A DNA stretch of 32,000 bases from Candidatus Saccharimonadota bacterium (GTDB taxonomy: Bacteria; Patescibacteriota; Saccharimonadia; Saccharimonadales; UBA4665): positions 1,050,001 to 1,082,000 of the forward strand of contig CP065016.1 of assembly GCA_016700375.1 (NCBI GenBank). Direction: 5' to 3'. Position numbers and translations under genes: made by a program. Of this stretch, positions 1 through 7,935 are shown piece by piece. The notes beneath the pieces were generated by a model. The model worked only from the letters and a program-made list of their open reading frames with translations. It was not told the origin of the DNA and made no database searches. Every line of letters begins with the position of its first letter. Within the stretch, counting starts at the first letter, position 1.

Positions 1-1
1 A

Positions 2-568
2 GTGCGTATACAGGTTGGGCGCGGGCTAGAACCGTACCTTACTGACCTACAAAGTAGCCTCATTATCCGTGAAAAAATAACGCCAGCGTTTAAACAAGGC
101 AACTATACTGCCGGCATCACGAGCGGGGTCGACAGCATGATTGCCGTTATTGGCGGGGAACGACTAAGTGAGCCAAAGAAAACTCTGCCGAGCGGAGGAG
201 TCCTAGAGTTCTTCGTCTACGCTGGCATTTTTGTTCTTGCCTACCTTGCTTCGTTCCTAGCGCGTACCAAGAGCTGGTGGGCAGGTGGCGTCATAGGTTC
301 TATACCCGGTATAATCCTGTTTTTCACCGCGGCTGCCCTGTTGGCCTCTGTTGTGTTTAGCCTGGGATTGCTACTGGGCTTACTACTCGACTACCTGCTT
401 TCCAAAAATTATCGGTCGCGGGCAGCCAGTGGCGATGACACTGGTTTCTGGGGAAGTGGCGGCGGTTTCTTTGGCGGCTCCGGTGGGTTTGGCAGTTCGG
501 GCGGAGGCGGTTTTGGCGGCTTCAGCGGCGGCTCGTTCGGCGGTGGCGGCTCCGGCGGCAGCTGGTGA
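2..568 (+). CDS. TPM (YgcG-like) domain protein, C-terminal part; 5' end lies outside the window
   Basis: The frame is open from the window edge. The motif RIQVGRGLEPYLTDLQSSLIIREKITPAFKQGNYTAGI matches the end of TPM/YgcG domains as I remember them. It is followed by 2-3 TM helices and a Gly-rich tail (GGGFFGGSGGFGSSGGGGFGGF...), which is the usual architecture of this family. Confidence 0.8.
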   Translation: MRIQVGRGLEPYLTDLQSSLIIREKITPAFKQGNYTAGITSGVDSMIAVIGGERLSEPKKTLPSGGVLEFFVYAGIFVLAYLASFLARTKSWWAGGVIGSIPGIILFFTAAALLASVVFSLGLLLGLLLDYLLSKNYRSRAASGDDTGFWGSGGGFFGGSGGFGSSGGGGFGGFSGGSFGGGGSGGSW

Positions 569-610
569 GGCTATTCTCGTGTCCCCATGTCTTTGGTACA
601 ATGACGATAG

Positions 611-695
611 GCGCGGGTGGTGGAATGGTAGACACTCAGCACTTAAAATGCTGTGACCAAAAGTCGTGCGGGTTCAAGTCCCGCCCCGCGCACCA
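611..695 (+). tRNA. tRNA-Leu, anticodon UAA, genomically encoded CCA
   Basis: Folded by hand. Acceptor GCGCGGG/CCCGCGC. D-arm region UGGUGGAAUGGUAGACAC is typical of bacterial tRNA-Leu. Anticodon stem CAGCA/UGCUG with loop CUUAAAA gives anticodon UAA. Long variable arm (GACC-AAA-AGUC). T-arm GCGGG-UUCAAGU-CCCGC, discriminator A, then CCA. Confidence 0.92.
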
Positions 696-718
696 ATTCT
701 GAGTAAAAATCCAAATAT

Positions 719-742
719 TCGCCCTTCTGGGCGATTTTTTGG
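719..742. terminator. Rho-independent terminator after tRNA-Leu (usable from both strands)
   Basis: Hairpin TCGCCC-ttct-GGGCGA followed by TTTTTT on the plus strand. An A/T-rich run upstream gives a weaker U-tract for the convergent minus-strand remnant ORF. Confidence 0.7.
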
Positions 743-752
743 TTCAGATTTC

Positions 753-1115
753 TTAGTTCCCGCCATAAGCAAAACCCACTTTCCGCCCCCTTTCAAAAAG
801 TGGGTTTTGGGCTTTCGCCGTTTGGGTTTGGGTGAGGGTTTTGCTGAGCAAAAACAGGTTCAATCCAAAGATTTCAGACAAGACGGCTTTTTGTCCGCTA
901 AAGTCGTCGGTTTCGCGCAAATAACAGATAGATTTTGCGGTTTTGAGCCAATTTTGCATAGGTTCTATCCACGAATTTTGGTTGGTTGTTATGTTCGTCA
1001 AACTTTCCTCTAAACTTTTCTTTTCGCTCAAAATCTCCGATTTTTTAGCGAGAAAGGTTTGGCGGTCTATGTCTTGGTCAAATATGTACGATGTTATAAT
1101 TGCAATATGACAATA
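753..1115 (-). pseudogene. Probable 3' remnant of a large serine recombinase gene (C-terminal ~120 codons only)
   Basis: The minus-strand frame is open from a stop at 1116-1118 to the stop at 753. Translation: ...DIDRQTFLAKKSEILSEKKSLEESLTNITTNQNSWIEPMQNWLKTAKSICYLRETDDFSGQKAVLSEIFGLNLFL.... This resembles, from memory, the coiled-coil/C-terminal tail of CPR 'recombinase family' proteins. There is no catalytic N-terminal domain, only a TTG internal start, and it sits next to a tRNA gene. Recognition is by recall only. Confidence 0.35.
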
Positions 1116-1140
1116 TCAAGGATAACAAAGGCCTATAAAT

Positions 1141-1575
1141 ATGCTCATTAAAGCTAGATCGTTCGCAGAATATTTTGATAAAGCCGGTACTTTTGGTCCC
1201 GAACTTGCCGTAGTCGATTCGCTAATTCGTCTGCATGCTCCCGATATGCAACCCGTCCTATTCCCAACAAGCGGTGGTGTAAGCTTGGGTTACGGTGAGA
1301 TGCAGTATCAGCCGAAATCCGCCAAAACGCCGACAACCTGGCCGGTACTTGCGCTAGCGGCTCAGAAGCACTACATGGCTTTGTACGCATGTGCAATAGT
1401 CGACGACCAGTATGTGGCCGAAAAGTACGCTCCCGAGCTTGGCAAAGTCAACGTCGGCAAAAGCTGTATTCGGTTTAAGCGGCTGAGCGACATCCACGAA
1501 GAGGCACTTATGGCTATGCTGGAAGATATCAACATGCGATATAAAAATGGCGAACTTCACTACAGCCAGTGGTAA
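1141..1575 (+). CDS. DUF1801 (YdhG-like) domain protein
   Basis: 144 aa. The layout (N-terminal helical part, ...KHYMALY..., ...GKSCIRFKRLSDIHEEALMAMLED...) matches the DUF1801 family pattern (...K..i.fy...GK.ci.f.k..di....l..li..). Confidence 0.7.
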   Translation: MLIKARSFAEYFDKAGTFGPELAVVDSLIRLHAPDMQPVLFPTSGGVSLGYGEMQYQPKSAKTPTTWPVLALAAQKHYMALYACAIVDDQYVAEKYAPELGKVNVGKSCIRFKRLSDIHEEALMAMLEDINMRYKNGELHYSQW

Positions 1576-1590
1576 TTAAAGGAGGTATTT

Positions 1591-2133
1591 ATGAGCAGAG
1601 CAACAACTAAAGCAGAGCTCGTAAAAGCTTCTGAAGATCAATTTACGAAGATTTGGGAACTTGTCAACTCCTTGTCTGGCGATGAGCAAGAGGCTACCTT
1701 TGCCTTTGGCGATTTAGTTGCGAATAAAAAAGAAGCTCACTGGAAGCGCGATAAAAACCTGCGTGACGTGCTCGTACATTTGTACGAGTGGCATCAGCTA
1801 CTTCTTGACTGGATACAATCCAACCAACACGGCAAAAACCAACCATTTTTGCCCGAGCCGTACAACTGGAAGACATACGGCAAGATGAACGTAGAGTTTT
1901 GGGAGAAACATCAAACAACTACATATGTCATGGCGAGGACGATGGTGCTTGCCAGTCACAAAGAAGTAATGCAGTTGATTGATTCGCTATCTGACAAGGA
2001 ATTATTTGAGAAAAAACACTTCGCTTGGACTGAGACGTCAACGCTAGGTGCATACTGCGTTTCCGCAACAGCGAGCCACTATGACTGGGCAATAAATAAG
2101 ATTAAGCTGCATCTAAAAACTGTGCGAAAATGA
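1591..2133 (+). CDS. ClbS/DfsB-family four-helix-bundle protein (DUF1706)
   Basis: 180 aa with SD aaaggagg upstream. Strong family signature: KAEL...FTKIWELV..., KEAHWKRDKNLRDVLVHLYEWHQLLLDWI, PFLPEPYNWKTYGKMNVEFWEKHQ, SATASHYDWAINKIK. Confidence 0.82.
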   Translation: MSRATTKAELVKASEDQFTKIWELVNSLSGDEQEATFAFGDLVANKKEAHWKRDKNLRDVLVHLYEWHQLLLDWIQSNQHGKNQPFLPEPYNWKTYGKMNVEFWEKHQTTTYVMARTMVLASHKEVMQLIDSLSDKELFEKKHFAWTETSTLGAYCVSATASHYDWAINKIKLHLKTVRK

Positions 2134-2314
2134 TTCCGATACATCTTTCTTTCTTGACGAGATAGGTTCGATCAAAAAAACTATTACAAAACCCCTGCGA
2201 AGCAGTTCGGCGGGTCGGGTTGGGGGCGAGCCGCCGAAAATCTCAGTTCTCGGATTTAGTGCTAAAATGGGTTCTAGTGTGGGCGTAAAATCTCACCAGT
2301 AAAAAGGAAACCGC

Positions 2315-2725
2315 ATGAAAAACTGTCCGTTTTGTGATGCAAAGGGTAGGGTTATTACCGAGAACCAGCATGCTTTTATGCTGCTGAGTAACCCGCGTAA
2401 GGTTCCGGGGCACATACTGGTGATTCCTAAGCGTCACATTGAGGAGCCGTGGAAGCTCACGCACGAAGAACTTACGGACATATTTGATTTAATCTACGAT
2501 GTTGAGCAAAAAATAATCGGTAAACTTGGTGATGGGTGTGACATACGGCAAAACTATAGACCATTCAAACAGCAAAATAAGCTAAAAGTTAACCATGTTC
2601 ATTTTCATGTTATTCCGCGGACTAATGAGGACTATTTATATCAAGTATCGGAACAGTTTGAAACCGACCTTTTTGCCGACCTCGACCCTATCGAAGCCAA
2701 AGAAGTCGCCAAGCTTTTATCGTGA
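2315..2725 (+). CDS. HIT-family (histidine triad) nucleotide hydrolase/transferase
   Basis: CPFC near the N-terminus, HILVIPKRHI, and the histidine triad NHVHFHVIPR. Confidence 0.9.
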   Translation: MKNCPFCDAKGRVITENQHAFMLLSNPRKVPGHILVIPKRHIEEPWKLTHEELTDIFDLIYDVEQKIIGKLGDGCDIRQNYRPFKQQNKLKVNHVHFHVIPRTNEDYLYQVSEQFETDLFADLDPIEAKEVAKLLS

Positions 2726-3021
2726 AAGGATTTTTCCGGCCACTAATAATCGTAGGACATATGGCGCTCATTGTTGTGGCTTACACTTCGCCATTCTGGC
2801 TCGACTGGCGGCTGATAACAGTTGGGGTGCTAGTGTATTATGCGCAACTGATAATATTTGGGTGGTGTGTTCTCAGCACGGCGCAATTTGGCGAGAAAAA
2901 AACATTCCACGAGTGGTATCTTTCAAAACTTGGCGTTCATCCTAACCCAAAAACACTCAAATTCTTCCTGGATTTCATTATTCCCCCGGTTTTGGTATTT
3001 GTTGCGATTAATATTCAGTAA
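2722..3021 (+). CDS. Small integral membrane protein, unknown function
   Basis: 99 aa with three predicted hydrophobic helices. GTG start overlaps the HIT stop (GTGA), suggesting translational coupling. No family recognised. Confidence 0.5.
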   Translation: MKGFFRPLIIVGHMALIVVAYTSPFWLDWRLITVGVLVYYAQLIIFGWCVLSTAQFGEKKTFHEWYLSKLGVHPNPKTLKFFLDFIIPPVLVFVAINIQ

Positions 3022-3085
3022 ACCCAGGCAATGCATTATTATTTGACGGAGAGCATAACCGTATACTATTATACAAAATAGTACT

Positions 3086-3421
3086 ATGACAAATAAAAAT
3101 ATTGGAAATGACCCAGAAAAGCAGCAGATTATCCGCGGGATGTTGCATTTGGCAGTCATGACTGAGCTGGAAAAAGGGAAACGATACGGCGCTGAGTTGC
3201 TGATTTCGCTGAGTAAAACGCCGTTTACGTCACGAGTGGGCACGCTCTATCCGCTTCTGAACCGCATGGAAAAAGACGGTCTGCTTGATTCTGACTGGCT
3301 GATGGAGCCGGGCCAGACGCCGCGGCGTTACTACCGCCTGACGAAGCAGGGCCAGGCAAAATTAGCCGAATACCGTGAGTTTCTAACGTACATACAAACA
3401 TATCTGGGAGGAAAACCATGA
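3086..3421 (+). CDS. PadR-family transcriptional regulator
   Basis: Winged-helix signature: GMLHLAVMTELEKGKRYGAELLISL...VGTLYPLLNRMEKDGLLDSDW....RRYYRLTKQGQAKL. Confidence 0.9.
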   Translation: MTNKNIGNDPEKQQIIRGMLHLAVMTELEKGKRYGAELLISLSKTPFTSRVGTLYPLLNRMEKDGLLDSDWLMEPGQTPRRYYRLTKQGQAKLAEYREFLTYIQTYLGGKP

Positions 3422-4476
3422 AAACAACTGTTGTAACCCTGCAAGGCCAGGATTTCATCCTTTCGACTGCTGCTGAGCCGCTGCTAGTTGCGCACCTTAA
3501 GGAGCTCCAGCGCTTGACCCGTTTTCGCTCCAAAGTCTACCGTCAAAACGTTGAGGCCCTGCGCGATGTGCTACTTACAGAGGGCGGAGAGACTATTTCA
3601 AAAACCAAGTTACATCATGCTATAGAACTGGTTGGCTTGCCTGAAAAACACAGTAGTTCCGAACCGTTATCAGTTCAACCCCTGCGCCTGACAAAAGGCA
3701 TATTGACGCTGCGTTTGTGGGCGCAAAAGCACTATATTTCACGACACAACTGGCTCTCTGGGTTACGCACAATTGCTATTACTGTGGCGGTGTTTTTTGC
3801 TGTAGGCACTGGCACCGTAGCTTTGCAGGCGCTTTCTTCGGAAGGGGTCGCACAGGGTCGCTGGGAAAAAACACAGACCACCCTTGGTGCGGTACGGAGC
3901 TGGGCGGAGCCAAATGGAGCTCAGAATACATGGTCGAATAATTGGCAGCCCTACGCGCTACTCAGCGGAGCATTTTTACTACTTGCAGTGGTTTTATACC
4001 GAGAACACTCCGTAGGTCGCCCGCAACTGCACCGCCCAATTGGTATAGTTGCGAGCCTCTGCCTAATACTGCTTGTCTGGCAAACCCGGCTTGTTACACC
4101 CATTCCCCCGCCCAAATCCAGTCGATTCTCTAATAGCAACACAGCGCCTCTCCATCCGAGGCTGGCCTACTTGCAGCAATGCGGTGATGAAATTCCGTAT
4201 GTATTCGATAACGAAACGAATGGTATGCTATTTCGCCAGCTCCGCGACCAAGGGTTTCAGTTGGGCGTACCCATACAGACGCGTATGTCAGATGGGACTA
4301 TAGACACCACACAACTTTGCAGCGCCTATGATGCACTACGCCGCGATCACCCAAAACAAAACGTCGTGCTCCAAATGTATACCACTACTGCTGATGGTAC
4401 TCTTCGCCCATACGATTTCGGTGACATTCAAAATCAAACTGTTAACTCTAACTATGGCCTTTTCGTCAAATCGTAA
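3418..4476 (+). CDS. Membrane protein of unknown function, translationally coupled to PadR
   Basis: ATGA overlap with the PadR stop. 352 aa: N-terminal soluble segment, two to three TM helices (ITVAVFFAVGTGTVAL; ALLSGAFLLLAVVLY; IVASLCLILLVW) and a C-terminal soluble domain. PadR genes commonly precede such membrane partners. Confidence 0.6.
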   Translation: MKTTVVTLQGQDFILSTAAEPLLVAHLKELQRLTRFRSKVYRQNVEALRDVLLTEGGETISKTKLHHAIELVGLPEKHSSSEPLSVQPLRLTKGILTLRLWAQKHYISRHNWLSGLRTIAITVAVFFAVGTGTVALQALSSEGVAQGRWEKTQTTLGAVRSWAEPNGAQNTWSNNWQPYALLSGAFLLLAVVLYREHSVGRPQLHRPIGIVASLCLILLVWQTRLVTPIPPPKSSRFSNSNTAPLHPRLAYLQQCGDEIPYVFDNETNGMLFRQLRDQGFQLGVPIQTRMSDGTIDTTQLCSAYDALRRDHPKQNVVLQMYTTTADGTLRPYDFGDIQNQTVNSNYGLFVKS

Positions 4477-4542
4477 GAGATGCGATATAATTTACCCCAG
4501 ATGAAAACGTTCTCTGTTATTTTTGCTTCCCAGGTGAACATA

Positions 4543-4567
4543 ATGCCCCCGCGGGCATAATTTTCAT
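4543..4567 (+). terminator. Rho-independent terminator after the PadR operon
   Basis: ATGCCC-ccgc-GGGCAT hairpin followed by AATTTTCAT. Confidence 0.55.
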
Positions 4568-4592
4568 ATCTCTTAACTCATATCTCTTAACT
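4565..4592. repeat. Perfect 14-bp tandem duplication (catatctcttaact x2)
   Basis: Read directly: 4565-4578 is identical to 4579-4592, in the metG upstream region. Confidence 0.95.
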
Positions 4593-4665
4593 CTATTTTT
4601 AACCTCCCGCATTCCGAGGCAGGCCCGGAATGACACGGGGAGAGAAAGCAGGTACAATATCTATA

Positions 4666-6114
4666 ATGAAATACTACGTTACTACCTCTATACCTTATGT
4701 CAATGGCGAACCGCACTTGGGTCACGCTATGGAATTTGTGATGGCCGATGTGCTGGCGCGGGCAGCGCGGGTGCGAGGTGAAGACACCATTTTTAGCACT
4801 GGCACTGATGAACACGGCGGCAAAATTGCCGAAAAAGCTGCCGAACTCAAGCTAGATCCGCAAAAGTTTACCGACCAAATGTCAGAAAAGTTCCGCGAAC
4901 TCATGGCGGCGCTCGATGTTAAGCCTGACCGTTTTATCCGCACCACAGACAAAGCCCACGAAGAACGCGTTCAGGTCATATGGAAAGCACTCGCACGTGA
5001 CATTTACAAAAACAAATATGTGGGGTGGTACTGCACTGGCGACGAAGAGTTTTTTACTGAAACGACCGTGCAAGAGAACAAGGGCATTTGCCCTGACCAC
5101 AACCGCCCGTACGAAAAAATCGAGGAAGAAAACTACTTTTTCCGGCTTAGCAACTACACGGGGGCCATCCGCGAAGCCATAGAGAAAAACGAGCTTCTGG
5201 TAACACCTGCCACCCGCCGCAACGAAATTCTGTCGCTGCTGCGCGAAGGCCTAGACGACATCAGCATTTCACGTCCGAAAGAAAAGATTGACTGGGGCAT
5301 ACCCGTGCCGGGCGACTCAAGCCAGGTTATTTACGTGTGGTTTGACGCGCTCCTCAACTACATAACGGTGCTGGGCTATCCCGAACACGACGACTTTAAA
5401 CAGTATTGGCCAGCAAACGTGCAGGTGGTGGGCAAGGGAATTTTGCGTTTTCATGCCGCCATATGGCCGGGGATCTTGCTTGGTCTCGGCCTGCCCCTGC
5501 AGAAACAACTGTATGTCCACGGCTATGTGACTGTCGACAGTAAGAAAATGAGCAAATCGCTCGGTAACAGCGTGAGCCCCACTGAAATTATTGAGAAATA
5601 CGGTGCCGATGCGTTCCGCTACTATTTCTTGCGCCATGTACCGAGCTATGATGATGGTGATTTTAGCTGGGAAGCATTTGAGCTGGCGTACAACAACGAA
5701 CTCGCCAATGAACTTGGCAATGCCGTGCAACGGACAGCTGCCATGGTACAGAAATATCAGGGCGGCGTCATAGGCGATGTGCCAGAAGCGGAGCATGACA
5801 TGGGGGCCTACACAGAGGCCATCGCGCTCTGCAAATTCGACCGAGCACTTGACAGTGTATGGGAACAGGTGCGGGGGCTTAATCAGCTTATAGACACCGA
5901 AAAGCCGTGGCTCATAGCCAAAACCGACGACCAAGACCACCTGCGCGAAGTCCTTGCTGCCTTTGTGGGCGATTTGCTGCAGATTGCCCAAATGCTTGAG
6001 CCATTTTTACCTTCGACTGCTGGGAAAATACAGGCTCTGTTTGCTGACGGCATAGTCCACCCTGTGGAAGGCACACTTTTCCCAAAACTTGAACTTTCAG
6101 CGCCTCAGGAGTAA
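4666..6114 (+). CDS. metG: Methionine--tRNA ligase (short form, no C-terminal tRNA-binding domain)
   Basis: Class I signatures: SIPYVNGEPHLGH (HIGH) and KMSKSLGN (KMSKS). The anticodon-binding helical domain is present. Start placed at ATG 4666 (MKYYVTT...) rather than the track's 4630, because homologues begin immediately before the Rossmann strand. TACAAT lies 7 nt upstream. Confidence 0.95.
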   Translation: MKYYVTTSIPYVNGEPHLGHAMEFVMADVLARAARVRGEDTIFSTGTDEHGGKIAEKAAELKLDPQKFTDQMSEKFRELMAALDVKPDRFIRTTDKAHEERVQVIWKALARDIYKNKYVGWYCTGDEEFFTETTVQENKGICPDHNRPYEKIEEENYFFRLSNYTGAIREAIEKNELLVTPATRRNEILSLLREGLDDISISRPKEKIDWGIPVPGDSSQVIYVWFDALLNYITVLGYPEHDDFKQYWPANVQVVGKGILRFHAAIWPGILLGLGLPLQKQLYVHGYVTVDSKKMSKSLGNSVSPTEIIEKYGADAFRYYFLRHVPSYDDGDFSWEAFELAYNNELANELGNAVQRTAAMVQKYQGGVIGDVPEAEHDMGAYTEAIALCKFDRALDSVWEQVRGLNQLIDTEKPWLIAKTDDQDHLREVLAAFVGDLLQIAQMLEPFLPSTAGKIQALFADGIVHPVEGTLFPKLELSAPQE

Positions 6115-6119
6115 CCTAG

Positions 6120-6935
6120 GTGGCACCCTCGTTTTTTGATACGCACTGTCACGTGCATGAAATAGAAGCCGCCCTGACGCCCGTACACGATAAATGGTTT
6201 GCAGACAAAAACACGCGGAGCGCAGAATCGGTCTTGGCTGCTGCGCGTGAGGCTGGTGTGACGCGCCTGCTCACCATCGGCACCACCTTGGCAGATAGTG
6301 AACTTGCGGTTGCATTTGCCCAAAAGCACGAAGGAGTTTGGGCAAGCATTGGTATTCACCCCCATGAGGCAAAAGACCATTTGGGGCGCGACACCCAAGC
6401 GCGGTTTGCGGCGCTTGCCTCGCTGCCAAAGGTGGTGGCGGTTGGAGAATGTGGGCTCGACTATTTTTATGGCCACTCGCCCAAGGAAGACCAGGCGGCC
6501 GTTTTGCGGTTTCAGCTCGAACTGGCGTTGGAACACAATCTGCCGCTTAGTTTTCATGTACGAGAGGCATTCGATGATTTTTGGCCGATATTTGAAAGTT
6601 ACCAGGGGGTAAGGGGTGTGCTGCACAGTTTCACTGACTCGCAGGAAAATATGGAGCGAGCAGTAGCCCATGGGCTGTACATTGGAGTCAACGGTATTGC
6701 CACCTTTACACGGGATGAAGCGCAAATTGTGACATATCGCACAATTCCACAACACTCACTACTGTTAGAAACAGATGCCCCCTTCTTGACTCCTAAGCCC
6801 TTTCGTGGTAAAGTGTGTGAGCCGAAGCATGTAGTGCAAACGGCGGAGTTTCTAGCAGAGCTAAGAGGTACTACTGTTAGTGAGCTAGCCGTAACAACCA
6901 CCACAAATGCAAGGAAGTTATTTAAACGTACATAG
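6120..6935 (+). CDS. TatD-family metal-dependent hydrolase/DNase
   Basis: FDTHCHV at the N-terminus, GECGLDY, SFHVREA, VLHSFTDS and LLLETDAPFLTP are the canonical TatD metal-ligand motifs. GTG start lies 5 nt after the metG stop. Confidence 0.92.
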   Translation: MAPSFFDTHCHVHEIEAALTPVHDKWFADKNTRSAESVLAAAREAGVTRLLTIGTTLADSELAVAFAQKHEGVWASIGIHPHEAKDHLGRDTQARFAALASLPKVVAVGECGLDYFYGHSPKEDQAAVLRFQLELALEHNLPLSFHVREAFDDFWPIFESYQGVRGVLHSFTDSQENMERAVAHGLYIGVNGIATFTRDEAQIVTYRTIPQHSLLLETDAPFLTPKPFRGKVCEPKHVVQTAEFLAELRGTTVSELAVTTTTNARKLFKRT

Positions 6936-6936
6936 T

Positions 6937-7374
6937 ATGAAAATCCAACTCCCCACTTTTACTGGCTCTTTCATAAAGAGTCCAGAGATGACCAATAAAG
7001 CTCCTGCTCTCAGCGAGCTTGAGAGGCATATGATTGGGGCTGTTATGGTTGAGACCGATGCCTCTGCAAACGATTACGCGTTTTCTATTGCAAATCACAG
7101 ACGATTACCACAAGTTCAAGCTGTTCAAAGAGATATTGCCCGCCATGCAATCAAAGATACGCCCGGGTCAACTAACCCCATAGTTGCAGAAATATCTAAA
7201 AGCCAAATGATGGTTGACCGTGCTATGGATTACTTATTCCAGACAACTGAGAATAGTGCGGGCGTGCCGCCAAATACAGGAAATGTCGTGAGCCTTAACG
7301 CAGCTCGAGCCCAAGTGGCAGCGCAATACACTACTATCCCACCGGAGGCAGGTGATGTTACGCAAGCTGCTTAA
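6937..7374 (+). CDS. Hypothetical protein
   Basis: Open frame with ATG 1 nt after the tatD stop. No family recognised and the start codon is uncertain (alternative Met at 6988). Confidence 0.4.
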   Translation: MKIQLPTFTGSFIKSPEMTNKAPALSELERHMIGAVMVETDASANDYAFSIANHRRLPQVQAVQRDIARHAIKDTPGSTNPIVAEISKSQMMVDRAMDYLFQTTENSAGVPPNTGNVVSLNAARAQVAAQYTTIPPEAGDVTQAA

Positions 7375-7738
7375 TATTATAGGCTCAGAAGATATTGAAG
7401 CGCGAAAAGCAACCATCCACCGCAATATTTTGAGGGACCTTGCAAAGATGGGCGGTGAGGTGTTTGGGCAGATTCCAGCGGGCACTCGGCGTGAATTCTT
7501 CTGCCTTGACCGGCACACGTGGGTTTGGCACGAAGAATGGACGGACAAAGACGGTTCACGCCAGGTGAGAACAACTCGGTATGACATACGGCCTCAAGGG
7601 ATATACAAAGCGCAGGACGGCCAGCCGTATCAGCCCGCATCACTTGAAGAAGCCGAGCGTTTTGGTGCAGCAATAAAAGAGTATCAGCGCCGAATGCATG
7701 GGAAGTTTGACCCACTGTTAGCACAAGCGGGGGTATAA
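7355..7738 (+). CDS. Hypothetical protein (Trp/Arg-rich small protein)
   Basis: Open frame overlapping the previous ORF by 20 nt. Non-repetitive composition (…FFCLDRHTWVWHEEWTDKDGSRQVRTTRYDIRPQGIY…). No family recognised. Confidence 0.45.
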   Translation: MLRKLLNIIGSEDIEARKATIHRNILRDLAKMGGEVFGQIPAGTRREFFCLDRHTWVWHEEWTDKDGSRQVRTTRYDIRPQGIYKAQDGQPYQPASLEEAERFGAAIKEYQRRMHGKFDPLLAQAGV

Positions 7739-7740
7739 AG

Positions 7741-7935
7741 AATTAAGGATGCCCTTGTCACATCCTGCGACCCCGCAACTTCACTGCGGCAGGCATAGCT
7801 TGCCCCGGAAGATTGCCTTGCGACTCGCCACTGGCAAGTCTCACCTCCTCGCTGCTGCCGAGTGAATCCGCACCAGCTCTCTTCCTGTCTCTAAAGCTCG
7901 GCTATCGCCTCGTTCGCTTTGCTCATAATAACTTC
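7741..7935. ncRNA. Candidate structured RNA (class and strand unresolved)
   Basis: The 235-nt gap has no ORF and is visibly more GC-rich than its flanks. It has nested complementary segments, e.g. CACTGCGGCAG (7782-7792) with CTGCCGAGTG (7855-7864), and CTTGCC (7799-7804) with GGCAAG (7833-7838). On the minus strand there is a TATTAT -10-like box near 7925-7930 and an AGGATG...CATCCT hairpin plus T-rich tail at 7746-7766. Confidence 0.25.

Noticed and set aside
351-656. 101-aa plus-strand and 72-aa minus-strand ORFs overlapping the Gly-rich tail and the tRNA
   Set aside because: These are alternative frames of the GGC/GGT-rich tail of the TPM protein. One of them runs into the tRNA-Leu gene.
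666-1013. 115-aa plus-strand ORF starting inside tRNA-Leu
   Set aside because: It begins within the tRNA T-arm and crosses the terminator. The opposite strand gives the more protein-like (recombinase-tail-like) translation.
4477-4665. T-box leader upstream of metG
   Set aside because: The region is too short, and it lacks the specifier-loop/AGAGA features and the conserved T-box sequence with a terminator/antiterminator pair.
5317-6755. 224-aa and 216-aa minus-strand ORFs
   Set aside because: They are antisense to metG and tatD respectively. No motifs, no SD, and the plus-strand genes are certain.
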